Source of the DNA: Gammaproteobacteria bacterium
Lineage (GTDB): Bacteria > Pseudomonadota > Gammaproteobacteria > SZUA-140
Assembly (NCBI GenBank): GCA_016218365.1
Contig: JACREF010000019.1
Span: 4,543-68,542, forward strand
Length of the DNA: 64,000 nt
Direction: 5' to 3'
A program made the translations under genes and the position numbers. Positions 1 through 9,377 of the stretch are shown here, in pieces; the first letter of the stretch is position 1; each line of letters opens with the position of its first letter. The notes below the pieces were generated by a model, which saw only the letters and a program-made list of their open reading frames with translations, was not told where the DNA came from and ran no database searches.

Positions 1-675
1 GTACTGATGGACTACGACCCGCAGCATTCCAGCATGCACTGGAGCGAACGACGCGGCGGCAGGGATCCGCGCATCCACGTCATCGATGCCTGTGTGCAGA
101 AATCAAAAATGACCCGCAGCTGGCAGATCCGCCTGCCGGACGCCACCGACCAGGTCATCATGGACGCCCCGGCCGGGGTCAGCGGCCTCTTGCTGCAGGA
201 ACTGATGCCACGCGCCGACGTCGTGCTGATTCCCGTCGCTCCGTCGACCATCGACATCCAGGCCACAGCCGATTTCATCCGTGATCTGCTGCTGGCATCA
301 AAGATCCGCAGCCGGATCAGCAGCAATGAATTGTATATTGGCATCATTGCCAACCGTATCCGCAGCACACGCCCGGTTTATGAGCCACTGAAGAGATTCC
401 TGGCCCGGCTCGACATCCCGTTTGTCGCCGCCCTCAGTGACACCGACAATTACATCACGGCGGCCGAACAGGGTATCGGTATTTACGAAATGAACCCGGC
501 CGATGTGGCCATTGAACGCGCCGAATGGCGCCCGCTGATCGAATGGCTGGACCGGCCAAGCCACCATGCCCCCGAACTGCAACGGACGGAACCGCAGCCG
601 CCTGCCGCAGATGAACCTTCAAACCTGCAGCCACTGCGCCCACCCAAAGGCTCTGTCACCAACCTGATCCGCTGA
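1..675 (+). CDS. ParA/MinD-family partition-type ATPase, C-terminal part (5' end outside window)
   Basis: Frame is open from base 1. 'DYDPQHSSMHW', 'VIMDAPAG', 'ADVVLIPVAPSTIDI' and 'IIANRI' fit small ParA/CobQ-CobB-MinD ATPases. No Walker A box is present, so the N-terminus lies upstream of the window. Confidence 0.6.
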   Translation, partial: VLMDYDPQHSSMHWSERRGGRDPRIHVIDACVQKSKMTRSWQIRLPDATDQVIMDAPAGVSGLLLQELMPRADVVLIPVAPSTIDIQATADFIRDLLLASKIRSRISSNELYIGIIANRIRSTRPVYEPLKRFLARLDIPFVAALSDTDNYITAAEQGIGIYEMNPADVAIERAEWRPLIEWLDRPSHHAPELQRTEPQPPAADEPSNLQPLRPPKGSVTNLIR

Positions 676-694
676 TCCACGCTGCCGCGTTGAG

Positions 695-1339
695 TCAGCG
701 AAGATACACATCCGCGATGGCCCGTGCCCACGCCAGATATTCGCGGGTGCGGATCCGCCAGCCTTCACTGAACGGCAGATCAGGCGCAATGAATGCCACG
801 GCCTCCACACCCGCATGCCGCGCCAGAAACAGCGCCCGCTTGGCATGAAAGGCCTGTGATACAATCACCATCTGATTGACAGCGAAATGGCGGCGCGCCC
901 GTTCCACAGACATCAGGGTCCGGTCGCCATTGCGATCCAGCCATAATCGATCTTCGGGTACCCCCTGCGCAAGCAGCGCCTTCTTCATCTGTTTTGGTTC
1001 GTCATAATATTTACCATCACTGGAACCACTGAGGATCAGATACTCGACCCGACCTGAATGGTATAACCGTGCCGCCGTGTCCATACGACTGGTAAAATAG
1101 AAATTGGCCCTGCCGTTGACCGATACCGGCGGACATCCCAGCACCAGTGCGACGCGGTAGTTCGGGACCTGGGTGATATTGTTATAGACCCGTCCCATCG
1201 CAAACAGATTAATGGTCAGCGCCGAACCGCCCAGGATCAGCAACGCCAGCACCAGCAGCGCGGCAAGGCTGCGGCTGATGATCTTGAACAGCAGGCTATG
1301 GCTCCAGCGCTCGCGCTCGAATCCGTTATGTGTCGCCAC
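695..1339 (-). CDS. sanA: SanA/YdcF (DUF218) family membrane protein
   Basis: N-terminal TM helix followed by a DUF218 core ('VALVLGC', 'EYLILSGS', 'MVIVSQAFHAKRA'). Confidence 0.65.
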   Translation of the reverse strand: MATHNGFERERWSHSLLFKIISRSLAALLVLALLILGGSALTINLFAMGRVYNNITQVPNYRVALVLGCPPVSVNGRANFYFTSRMDTAARLYHSGRVEYLILSGSSDGKYYDEPKQMKKALLAQGVPEDRLWLDRNGDRTLMSVERARRHFAVNQMVIVSQAFHAKRALFLARHAGVEAVAFIAPDLPFSEGWRIRTREYLAWARAIADVYLR

Positions 1340-1358
1340 GAACCCTCGCTAACATTGT

Positions 1359-4300
1359 TCAGTCTCCCCTCAACAACGCGGCATTACCGCCGACCGCCGC
1401 ACGATTGATCGACACCACCCTCTCGGTGGCAAAGCGCTGCAGATAATGCGGCCCGCCGGCCTTGGGTCCGGTGCCCGACATCGCCTCACCACCAAAGGGT
1501 TGTACCCCGACCACGGCACCAATCATGTTGCGATTGATGTAGAGATTGCCGACACGCAAACGCTCGCGGACAAAATCTGCCGTGCTGGCAATACGGGTGT
1601 GCACCCCGGCCGTCAGCCCATAACCGGCCGCATTGATGGCATCGACGATGGCGGACAGCTCGTCATCGTTGAATCGTATCACATGCAACACCGGACCAAA
1701 TACCTCAACGGGTAACTGCGACAGCGAATCAATCTCGTAACAGGCCGGCGCCGCATAGTGCCCCGCCGCCAGGCCATCGGGTAGCGGGGCCTCAATCACC
1801 CGCCGCGCCAGGTTGCGCATCTGCGCGCAATGCGCCTGCAACGATTGCCGGGCATGTGCATCAATCACCGGCCCGATGTCGGTCGCCAGCTGCGCCGGAT
1901 CGCCAATCTTCAGCTGCGCCATCATGCCCTGGATCAGATCCAGCACCCGATCGGCAATCGGTTGCTGCACGAACAACACCCGCAGTGCCGAGCACCGCTG
2001 CCCGGCACTGTTGAAGGCGGACTGGATGACATCCGGCACCAGCTGCTCTGCCAGCGCAGAACTGTCGGCAATCATCACATTGACGCCTCCGGTCTCAGCG
2101 ATCAGCGGCAGCAACCTGCCGTCACGTTGCGCCAGCACACGCTGGATGCCGCGCGCCGTCGGCATCGATCCGGTGAAGACCACACCGGCCAGTCCTGACC
2201 AGCCCAGCACATGACGTGCAACCATGTCACCATCGATCGGCAGCAGCTGCAACACCTGGCCCGGGATCCCGGCCTGATGCATCAGTTCAACGGCGCGTCT
2301 GGCCACCAACGGTGTGGCCATGGACGGCTTGGCGATCACCGCGTTACCGGACGCCAGCGCCGCCACGACCTGGCCGCAGAAGATGGCCAGCGGAAAGTTC
2401 CATGGGCTGATGGCAACGAATACACCTCGCCCATGCCAGGACAACAGATTCTCCTCACCAACAGGCCCCGGCAGACAACGCGGGGCGCCAAACAGCGCGC
2501 GGGCCTGGGCGGCATAATAACGGCAGTAATCGATGGCCTCACGCAGCTCGGACACTGCATCCGGGATACAACGCCCGCCTTCACGGATGATCAGCGCCAG
2601 CAACTCCTCGCGCTGGATCTCGAACTGATCGGCAATGGCCTCCAGCAATCCCGCCCGCTCATCTACCGGTCGTCGTGACCACACGGCAAAGGCCTGCTCG
2701 GCCTGCTGCAGCATCTGCTGCAGCTGCGCGGCATCCGGACCACGGATCTGACCGACAGCATCGCGGCTGTCAGCCGGCGACAGACTGCGCCTGAGCTCGC
2801 CATCCCCCTCGGCGGCATAGTCATAATACACCTGCGCCCAGTCCCGTAATCGATCCCGCAATTGCTGCGTAGCATGGCGATCATGCAGATTCAGTCCGCG
2901 CGAATTGCTGCGATCGCTGTACAGCTCACCGGGCCGGGGCAGCAGCGGGTGGCGCTTGTCGGCCAGCGCCTGCCAGCTCTCAACCGGATCAGCGACCAGC
3001 TGCTCTATGGAATAACCGCTGCGGGTCAGCAGATTGACAAACGAGGTATTGGCGCCGTTTTCAAGCATCCGCCGCACCAGATAGGCCAGCAGCACCTGAT
3101 AACTGCCCACCGGCGCATAGACGCGGCACGGTCGTCCCAGATGATCGATGACCATATCATGCAAGTCCTCGCCCATGCCGTGCAGGCGCTGGAATTCGAA
3201 ATCCTCACGCCCGTCCGCCAGCTCGATGATGGCCGCGATGGTCTGTGCATTATGGGTCGCCAGCATCGGATAACACACCTCGGCAGCGGCAAACAGTCGT
3301 TGTGCACAGACCAGGTAACTGATATCAGTGGCCTGTTTGCGGGTCAGCACCGGATAGTCATCCAGCCCGCGTTCCTGCGCCCGCTTCACCTCGCTGTCCC
3401 AATACGCGCCCTTGACGAGGCGGATCATCAGCCGTCGCTGATGGCGGCGCGCCAGCTCGGCCAGATAATCGATGACGGCCGGCGCGCGTTTCTGGTAGGC
3501 CTGCACTGCCAGGCCCAGACCGGGCCAGTCACGCAATGAGGGCTCGGCGATCAACGCGGCGACCACATCCAGCATCGGTTCGAGCCGCTCCGATTCCTCG
3601 GCATCCAGCGTCAGTGCAATGCCGGCAGCACACGCCTGCTGACACAGTTCGATGATCCGCGGCAACAACTCACGGCGTAGCCGTTCAGCCTGGGCAAACT
3701 CATAACGCGGGTGCAACGCCGACAGCTTCACCGAGATGCCGGGCGCATGATACAGATCAGCATAATGCACCGCCTCAGTGCCAAGCCGGGTGATCGCCTG
3801 GCGGTAGGCCGCCAGATAGCGCTCCGCATCGTCTGCGGTCAGCGCCGCCTCACCGAGCATGTCAAATGAATAACGATAACGGGCGGCGGCGCCATGACGG
3901 CTGCACTGCACCGCCTCATCGATGGTCTGACCGATGACAAACTGCCGGCCGAGGATCTGCATCGCCTGCTGCAAGGCCCGCCGCAGCACCGGCTCGCCAC
4001 TGCGCGCCACCAGGCGGCCGATGAAACGGCCGGGCTCGGCATACTGGCGATCATCCAGACTGACGATGCGCCCGGTCAGCAACAGCCCCCAGCTGGCGGC
4101 ATTGACCAGCCACGAACGGCTATGGCCAAGATGACGTGACCAGTCGCCCGGCCCCAGCTGATCATGGATCAGCCGGTCAGCGGTGCGGGTGTCAGGGATG
4201 CGCAGCAGGGCCTCGGCCAGACACATCAGCGCAACCCCTTCCTCGGAAGACAGGTCATACTCACTGAGAAAGGCCTCGAGACCGGACAGCTGCGGGCGCG

Positions 4301-4493
4301 CCCGCAGACGGGTTACCAGCGCGGTCGCCTGCATCTGAATACGCCGCTGCGCATCACGCTCCAGCGCCAGCTCAGTGATCAACGATTCGACATGGACACG
4401 CTCGTCGCTCAGACAGGCGGCCGCAATGACATCACGTTGTGTGGCCAGATCGTCTTGCTGCCCCTTGAACACTGTCTTAACACTCCGATTCAC
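1359..4493 (-). CDS. putA: Bifunctional proline dehydrogenase / L-glutamate-gamma-semialdehyde dehydrogenase PutA (no RHH DNA-binding domain)
   Basis: 1044 aa. N-terminal PRODH barrel region plus C-terminal aldehyde dehydrogenase with 'FTGS' and catalytic 'AGQRCSALR'. Confidence 0.93.
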   Translation of the reverse strand: MNRSVKTVFKGQQDDLATQRDVIAAACLSDERVHVESLITELALERDAQRRIQMQATALVTRLRARPQLSGLEAFLSEYDLSSEEGVALMCLAEALLRIPDTRTADRLIHDQLGPGDWSRHLGHSRSWLVNAASWGLLLTGRIVSLDDRQYAEPGRFIGRLVARSGEPVLRRALQQAMQILGRQFVIGQTIDEAVQCSRHGAAARYRYSFDMLGEAALTADDAERYLAAYRQAITRLGTEAVHYADLYHAPGISVKLSALHPRYEFAQAERLRRELLPRIIELCQQACAAGIALTLDAEESERLEPMLDVVAALIAEPSLRDWPGLGLAVQAYQKRAPAVIDYLAELARRHQRRLMIRLVKGAYWDSEVKRAQERGLDDYPVLTRKQATDISYLVCAQRLFAAAEVCYPMLATHNAQTIAAIIELADGREDFEFQRLHGMGEDLHDMVIDHLGRPCRVYAPVGSYQVLLAYLVRRMLENGANTSFVNLLTRSGYSIEQLVADPVESWQALADKRHPLLPRPGELYSDRSNSRGLNLHDRHATQQLRDRLRDWAQVYYDYAAEGDGELRRSLSPADSRDAVGQIRGPDAAQLQQMLQQAEQAFAVWSRRPVDERAGLLEAIADQFEIQREELLALIIREGGRCIPDAVSELREAIDYCRYYAAQARALFGAPRCLPGPVGEENLLSWHGRGVFVAISPWNFPLAIFCGQVVAALASGNAVIAKPSMATPLVARRAVELMHQAGIPGQVLQLLPIDGDMVARHVLGWSGLAGVVFTGSMPTARGIQRVLAQRDGRLLPLIAETGGVNVMIADSSALAEQLVPDVIQSAFNSAGQRCSALRVLFVQQPIADRVLDLIQGMMAQLKIGDPAQLATDIGPVIDAHARQSLQAHCAQMRNLARRVIEAPLPDGLAAGHYAAPACYEIDSLSQLPVEVFGPVLHVIRFNDDELSAIVDAINAAGYGLTAGVHTRIASTADFVRERLRVGNLYINRNMIGAVVGVQPFGGEAMSGTGPKAGGPHYLQRFATERVVSINRAAVGGNAALLRGD

Positions 4494-4622
4494 AATGTCT
4501 TTGTGTCACTGTAACCCGGCCGGCGCACCGGCTCAACCACCCTCTTGCCGCGCCCTGCGCGCTGTGCAATGCTGTTGGCTTACGGGTGAAACATGTTCAT
4601 TGTCGTCCAGGAGGGCACTACG

Positions 4623-5009
4623 ATGGCCACAGAGATCGATCCTGTCATCAACAACTGGTACCGGCCCGCTGACAAGGGCCATGAATTCCGGATCCTCAGC
4701 ATCGATCCGGTCAGCGGTCTGATCGACATCCAGTATTTTGATGGTGATGTCGATGAGATTGACCTCGACAGTTGGTACGAAGGCGAGATGGAGCTGATCG
4801 AACAACCGGAAAGCTGGTCAGGTGCCGTGGATGTCGGCGACATCGATGACTACGGCACGGAAATCACCGATACCGCATCCGCAGACTGGGATGAGCCGGT
4901 GCGCGCACCGTCCGGCGATGAAGATGATGTGTCCGGTGATGAGGAGTCCGATGAAGAATGGGCCAGCCTCGTTGAACTCGATGATGAGGTCGCGGAACAC
5001 GCCTTGTAG
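4623..5009 (+). CDS. Hypothetical highly acidic protein
   Basis: AGGAGGG lies 7 nt upstream of the ATG at 4623; the ATG at 4593 has no RBS. The C-terminal half is D/E-rich. No recognisable catalytic motif. Confidence 0.55.
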   Translation: MATEIDPVINNWYRPADKGHEFRILSIDPVSGLIDIQYFDGDVDEIDLDSWYEGEMELIEQPESWSGAVDVGDIDDYGTEITDTASADWDEPVRAPSGDEDDVSGDEESDEEWASLVELDDEVAEHAL

Positions 5010-5060
5010 ATGTTGCTGTTGCGCAGCTCAGGCCGTACCTGACCCGGTCGCGATCCAGGC

Positions 5061-5459
5061 TCAGCAGTCTGTGCTGTTGCGCTGGCACCAGTCTCCGCTG
5101 TGGATGACCGGCCTGCCGGCAGGCGTCGCCACCAGCACGTATATCCACGCCGTCCCGAATGGCGTCGTGACCTGCCGGCGCGTGTAGACGACCGGATATT
5201 CCTCCAGCATGTCGATCCGGGCCAGGGCCGCGGGCGGCAGTTGATACACCTCACCCTGGATCGCCGTCTGGCCGTGGGCCGTGATACCCGGATACTCGCC
5301 CAGGTCATACATCGTGTAGGCGGGCGTACTTTGCCACGCCCCCAGCAGCGATGCGCCAGCCAGCCAGTGATGATTGGCCTCGCCACGGCGCAGACTGCCG
5401 TAGACAAACAACCGCTCCCCCGCGGCGTCTTCAGTGCTGATTCGCTGCGTTATCATCAT
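5061..5459 (-). CDS. Gamma-glutamylcyclotransferase (AIG2/GGACT-like) family protein
   Basis: 'LFVYGSLRRGEANHHWL' N-terminal signature and a size of about 130 aa. Confidence 0.75.
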   Translation of the reverse strand: MMITQRISTEDAAGERLFVYGSLRRGEANHHWLAGASLLGAWQSTPAYTMYDLGEYPGITAHGQTAIQGEVYQLPPAALARIDMLEEYPVVYTRRQVTTPFGTAWIYVLVATPAGRPVIHSGDWCQRNSTDC

Positions 5460-5525
5460 CCGGAGTTACACACCCGCTGAGCGGAATACGTTACACTATA
5501 CCAATATTTTTCTGCCCACAGCGTC

Positions 5526-6854
5526 ATGTCCAAGCCAGCCGCCCCTCCACGCATCGGTTTTGTCAGCCTCGGTTGCCCGAAGGCCCTGGTCGATTCCGAA
5601 CAGATCCTGAGCCAGTTACGGGCCGAAGGCTACGACATCAGTCCGTCGTACGATGGTGCCGATCTCGTCGTCATCAACACCTGCGGCTTTATCGACGACG
5701 CCGTCGCTGAATCCCTCGACGCCATCGGCGAGGCCCTGCAGCGCAACGGCAAGGTCATCGTCACCGGCTGCCTCGGCGCCAAGGGCGATATCGTCCGCCA
5801 GCACCACCCTGCCGTGCTGGCGATCACTGGCCCCCATGCCTTGCACGAGGTTATGACGGCGGTCCATCAACATATCCCGGCACCACACGATCCGTATACC
5901 AGCCTGATCCCGCCGCAGGGCATCAAGCTGACGCCGCGCCACTATGCCTACCTGAAGATCTCGGAAGGCTGCAACCACCGTTGCAGCTTCTGCATCATCC
6001 CGTCGCTGCGCGGTAATCTGGTCAGCCGGCCGATCGGCGAGGTCATGCAGGAGGCCGAGGGACTGGTGGGGGCTGGTGTCCGCGAACTGCTGGTCATCAG
6101 CCAGGACACCAGCGCCTACGGTATCGATGTCAAATACCGCACCGGCTTCTGGAATGGCCGGCCACTGAGGACCCGTTTCACTGAACTCGCCCGTGCGCTC
6201 GGTGAGCTGCCGGCCTGGATCCGGCTGCATTATGTCTATCCCTACCCTCATGTCGAGGAGGTGCTGCCGCTGATGGCCGAAGGCCTGATCGTGCCCTATC
6301 TCGACGTACCGTTCCAGCATGCCAGTCCGGCGATCCTGCAGGCGATGAAGCGCCCCGCCCACAGCGAAAACACCTTGGCGGCGATCCGCCGCTGGCGCGC
6401 CATCTGCCCGGAACTGGCCTTGCGCAGCACCTTCATCGTCGGTTTCCCCGGCGAGACCGAGGCCGATTTCCAGCAACTGCTCGCTTTCATCAATGAGGCC
6501 CAGCTCGACCGGGTCGGCGCCTTCACCTATTCCGCGGTCGACGGTGCGGCGGCCAATGCCCTGCCCGATCCGGTGCCGGAGGAGGTCAAACAGCAACGGC
6601 TGGAACGGTTCATGACGCTGCAGCAATCGATCAGCGCGGCGAAACTGCAACAGCGGATCGGTCAGCGCCTGCCGGTGATCATCGACGAGGTCCGCGACGA
6701 TGTCATCATCGGGCGCAGTACCGCCGATGCCCCGGAGATCGACGGCGTGGTCATGATCGAAAACAGTGTTGAGGTCGAAGCGGGTGATTTCATCGAGGTC
6801 GACATCACCGGCGCCGATGAGCACGATCTGTATGGCAGTGCCGTAACAGAGTGA
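5526..6854 (+). CDS. rimO: Ribosomal protein S12 methylthiotransferase RimO
   Basis: UPF0004 N-domain ('[13 protein letters not shown]'), radical-SAM 'CNHRCSFC' and a C-terminal TRAM domain. 442 aa. Confidence 0.93.
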   Translation: MSKPAAPPRIGFVSLGCPKALVDSEQILSQLRAEGYDISPSYDGADLVVINTCGFIDDAVAESLDAIGEALQRNGKVIVTGCLGAKGDIVRQHHPAVLAITGPHALHEVMTAVHQHIPAPHDPYTSLIPPQGIKLTPRHYAYLKISEGCNHRCSFCIIPSLRGNLVSRPIGEVMQEAEGLVGAGVRELLVISQDTSAYGIDVKYRTGFWNGRPLRTRFTELARALGELPAWIRLHYVYPYPHVEEVLPLMAEGLIVPYLDVPFQHASPAILQAMKRPAHSENTLAAIRRWRAICPELALRSTFIVGFPGETEADFQQLLAFINEAQLDRVGAFTYSAVDGAAANALPDPVPEEVKQQRLERFMTLQQSISAAKLQQRIGQRLPVIIDEVRDDVIIGRSTADAPEIDGVVMIENSVEVEAGDFIEVDITGADEHDLYGSAVTE

Positions 6855-6862
6855 ACGACCCT

Positions 6863-7072
6863 TCAACAAGCTGTTAATGGCGCGCCGGCACCCAGTATCT
6901 GACAACCCGGGCTATCAGCAGCAACACCAGCACACTGACACCCACTGGCACCCACTGGCACCAGCGAACACAAATAGCCAAGTGCTGCGCCACCGGAAAC
7001 ATACACCCAGCCACTCCATGCGCGTGCTGCCCGGTGACGAAACAACTGCGGCATCTTGCCTGCAATCTTCAT
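6863..7072 (-). CDS. Small ORF translationally coupled to the AlkB-like gene; reading frame interrupted by a 10-nt tandem duplication
   Basis: The ATG at 7072-7070 overlaps the upstream TGA (TGATG). Removing one repeat copy restores a roughly 62-aa protein with two hydrophobic segments (see findings). Confidence 0.3.
   Translation of the reverse strand: MKIAGKMPQLFRHRAARAWSGWVYVSGGAALGYLCSLVPVGASGCQCAGVAADSPGCQILGAGAPLTAC
6940..6962. repeat. Perfect tandem duplication of acccactggc (2.3 copies)
   Basis: Read directly: acccactggc acccactggc acc. Confidence 0.95.
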
Positions 7073-7665
7073 CAACCCTTACCAAGCAAGCGGAATACCA
7101 GCGTGATCCTGCCCTCATCAATCGACAGGACCCGGGGCATGCAACGATACCAGCATCGTTGCGACAGGCCATCCATGACCAGCAGACTGCCGCCCCGCAA
7201 CATGATCTCGCGATGCTCCTTGCTGGAAGCGTGGGCAAACGAAAACAGCCGCGGCGCACCAAGATTCAGCGCCGCGATGTCCGCCCGCTGCTCAGAGGCC
7301 GCGCTCTCGGAACGCCAGCCTGTCGAGTCGCTGCCATTACGGTAGTAGTTGGCCTGGATACTGTCGAAGTCCTTGCCACTGGCTAGCTCCACCCGCTGCT
7401 TCAATTGCTGCAACACCGGCGGCAGCGGATGCAGTTCATGGCCCATCCCCGATCCCGTGCCGGCCGGCCTGGCACGCCCGTACCAAGCGACATATCGCGG
7501 TACCGTTACCGTCTTGCCAAAGATCCGAATCGATTCATCTTCCCACGCCAGCTCATCGACCAGGGTCCGATAACTGGCACGCTGCTCCGCGTCTTCCAGA
7601 AAGGGATCAATGACGATGGCTTCGCCGTCATGGTCAACGATCTTACGAATTGATGCTGTATGCAT
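7072..7665 (-). CDS. AlkB-fold 2OG/Fe(II)-dioxygenase-like protein with substituted metal triad
   Basis: 'NYYRNGSDSTGWRSE', 'GSLLVM' and 'RITLVFR' align to the AlkB/ALKBH family. The start is uncertain (ATG 7665 or 7716) and overlaps the 3' end of the upstream gene. Confidence 0.75.
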   Translation of the reverse strand: MHTASIRKIVDHDGEAIVIDPFLEDAEQRASYRTLVDELAWEDESIRIFGKTVTVPRYVAWYGRARPAGTGSGMGHELHPLPPVLQQLKQRVELASGKDFDSIQANYYRNGSDSTGWRSESAASEQRADIAALNLGAPRLFSFAHASSKEHREIMLRGGSLLVMDGLSQRCWYRCMPRVLSIDEGRITLVFRLLGKG

Positions 7666-8674
7666 GGACCGGATCCTCCGTGATACGCAACACGATCTTC
7701 CCTTGAGTATGCCCACCGGCGATAAGATGGTGTGCCTCTGCCGCCTGGCTCAGAGGCAACACCGCCCCGATCTCGATATGCAGCCGGCCCTGGGCTATCC
7801 ATTGCCCACAGCTGTCGAGGATCTGGCCCTGATGCGCCCGCGCCTGCGGCAGATCACGCAACATCGGCGTCAACATCAGCACAAACGCAATGCGCAGATT
7901 GCGGTTACGCGCCTCGCGCCACGACACATCGGCACCCGGGTCCAGCAAGGTCACCACCGTACCGTAATGCGCCGTGCATTCGAGGCTGCGGCGAAATATT
8001 GCGTCGCCAACGCTGTCGAGCACGACGTCGGCACCTTTACCGTGCGTCAGGGCATTGGTGTGTGTGACAAAGTCCTGCTGCGGATAGAGGATCACCTCAT
8101 CGGCGCCCAGACCTCGGGCAAGATCGGCCTTGGCGCTATCCGCCACCGTGGTGATGACGCGTGCGCCGGCCTGTTTTGCCAGCTGGATCGCAACATGACC
8201 AACGCCACCTGTCCCGCCATGGATCAACACCGTCTGACCCGCCATCAGCCGGGCCTGATCAAACAATGCCTCCCACGCCGTGATCAGCACCAGTGGTGCA
8301 GCAGCAGCGGCAACAAAATCCAGTGCTGCCGGTTTGGCGCGGGCCACTGCCTCGTCGACCAGGGTATAGTCGGCATAATTACCCGGCTCCCTGCCCAGGC
8401 CACCGTTACAGAACCATACGGCATCACCAACCTTGAAACGTTGCACGGCTGCGCCGGTCGCGACGACGATCCCGGCACCGTCACAACCGAGGATGGCCGG
8501 CAAGGCATCGGGATAAAACAGGCCGCGGCTCCGCAACTTGGTATCGACCGGATTGACGCCGGCCGCAACCAGACGAATCTTCAGTTGCGACGGTTGCACT
8601 GCCACCGGCTCCGGCACCTCGGCCAGCTGCAAGACCTCCGGACCACCCTCTGCCATCATCAATACGGCCTGCAC
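7643..8674 (-). CDS. Zinc-type alcohol dehydrogenase / NADPH:quinone oxidoreductase family protein (MDR superfamily)
   Basis: 'GVNPVDTK', 'GCDGAGIV' and the Rossmann motif 'VLIHGGTGGVGHVAIQLAK'. 343 aa. Confidence 0.88.
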   Translation of the reverse strand: MQAVLMMAEGGPEVLQLAEVPEPVAVQPSQLKIRLVAAGVNPVDTKLRSRGLFYPDALPAILGCDGAGIVVATGAAVQRFKVGDAVWFCNGGLGREPGNYADYTLVDEAVARAKPAALDFVAAAAAPLVLITAWEALFDQARLMAGQTVLIHGGTGGVGHVAIQLAKQAGARVITTVADSAKADLARGLGADEVILYPQQDFVTHTNALTHGKGADVVLDSVGDAIFRRSLECTAHYGTVVTLLDPGADVSWREARNRNLRIAFVLMLTPMLRDLPQARAHQGQILDSCGQWIAQGRLHIEIGAVLPLSQAAEAHHLIAGGHTQGKIVLRITEDPVHAYSINS

Positions 8675-8859
8675 CCTGACCCTCCTCTACTATGTATTTG
8701 GCATTATCCCCCCGCCTGACAAAGCCCTGCAACCATAGCCACATAATCAGAATCAGAATAATTACTGACGATGCATACGCTATCTGCACGAGGGAATCGG
8801 GCACGACCATAGCCCCTCACTGGCAATCTTCAACAAAATGAAAATAAAGCTATGCAAGG

Positions 8860-9071
8860 CCGTCAATCAGTGCTAGTATCCCTCCAGGCCTAACACATGG
8901 ACCTTTTTTTGTACACAAAGTTGATTGCTTCCCTTCGCTACACCGCCTCTTTATCCATTAAGACACGCTGTCCTGAATGTAACTCTCCACTTTTTACCAA
9001 AAGTGAACTCATCTGTCCCGGCCTGATGCGCAGTGCGCGCATTTTTAATCTCATGTATCCAAGGAGACTTC
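8860..9071 (+). promoter_or_regulatory. AT-rich promoter region and long 5' leader of the cold-shock gene
   Basis: About 200 nt of low-GC non-coding sequence ends in AAGGAGA 5 nt before the ATG. CspA-family genes typically carry long structured leaders. The exact promoter was not resolved. Confidence 0.3.
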
Positions 9072-9281
9072 ATGTCTAAAGTAACTGGCGTAGTAAAGTG
9101 GTTCAACGAAAGCAAAGGGTTCGGGTTCATTACCCAGGATAACGGCGGCGGCGATGTATTCGTACACTTCCGCGCCATCACCGGCAACGGCTTCAAGACC
9201 CTGAAAGAGGGTCAGGCCGTGTCGTTCACCACAGAAAAAGGTCCTAAAGGCCTGCAGGCTGTCAACGTGGCTGAGGCATAA
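9072..9281 (+). CDS. cspA: Cold-shock protein, CspA family
   Basis: '[15 protein letters not shown]' (RNP1) and 'VFVHF' (RNP2). 69 aa. The ORF-track start at 9033 is an upstream extension. Confidence 0.95.
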   Translation: MSKVTGVVKWFNESKGFGFITQDNGGGDVFVHFRAITGNGFKTLKEGQAVSFTTEKGPKGLQAVNVAEA

Positions 9282-9304
9282 GCCGGTCCGACATCCGTAA
9301 AAAA

Positions 9305-9329
9305 GGGCGCCTCGGCGCCCTTTTTCTTT
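9305..9329 (+). terminator. Rho-independent terminator (probably bidirectional, between convergent cspA and radA)
   Basis: GGGCGC-ctcg-GCGCCC followed by TTTTTCTTT and preceded by an A-run. Confidence 0.8.
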
Positions 9330-9377
9330 GGCATATCCAGTCTTCTGAAATCGCTGAGCCAGTCTGCTCAGCACGGC

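Noticed and set aside
5616-6905. 429-aa ORF antisense to rimO. Similar long antisense ORFs occur at 7610-8719, 9708-10808, 15982-16896, 17685-18968, 29652-30644, 30980-32143 and 57116-58096.
   Set aside because: Each lies entirely opposite a gene with unambiguous family motifs. Their products are Arg/Gly/Ala/Pro/Gln-rich and low in complexity, as expected for stop-poor shadow frames in roughly 60% GC DNA. None has an RBS or a recognisable motif.
6944-6958. TGGCAC-N5-TGGCA considered as a sigma54 (-24/-12) promoter.
   Set aside because: The GG-to-GC spacing is off by one from the consensus. The match is produced by the 10-nt tandem duplication itself. It points into the antisense of the alkB-like gene.
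8897-9079. 60-aa ORF in the cspA upstream region.
   Set aside because: It has no RBS, lies in the low-GC leader of the cold-shock gene and runs out of frame into the cspA start. The sequence shows no motif.
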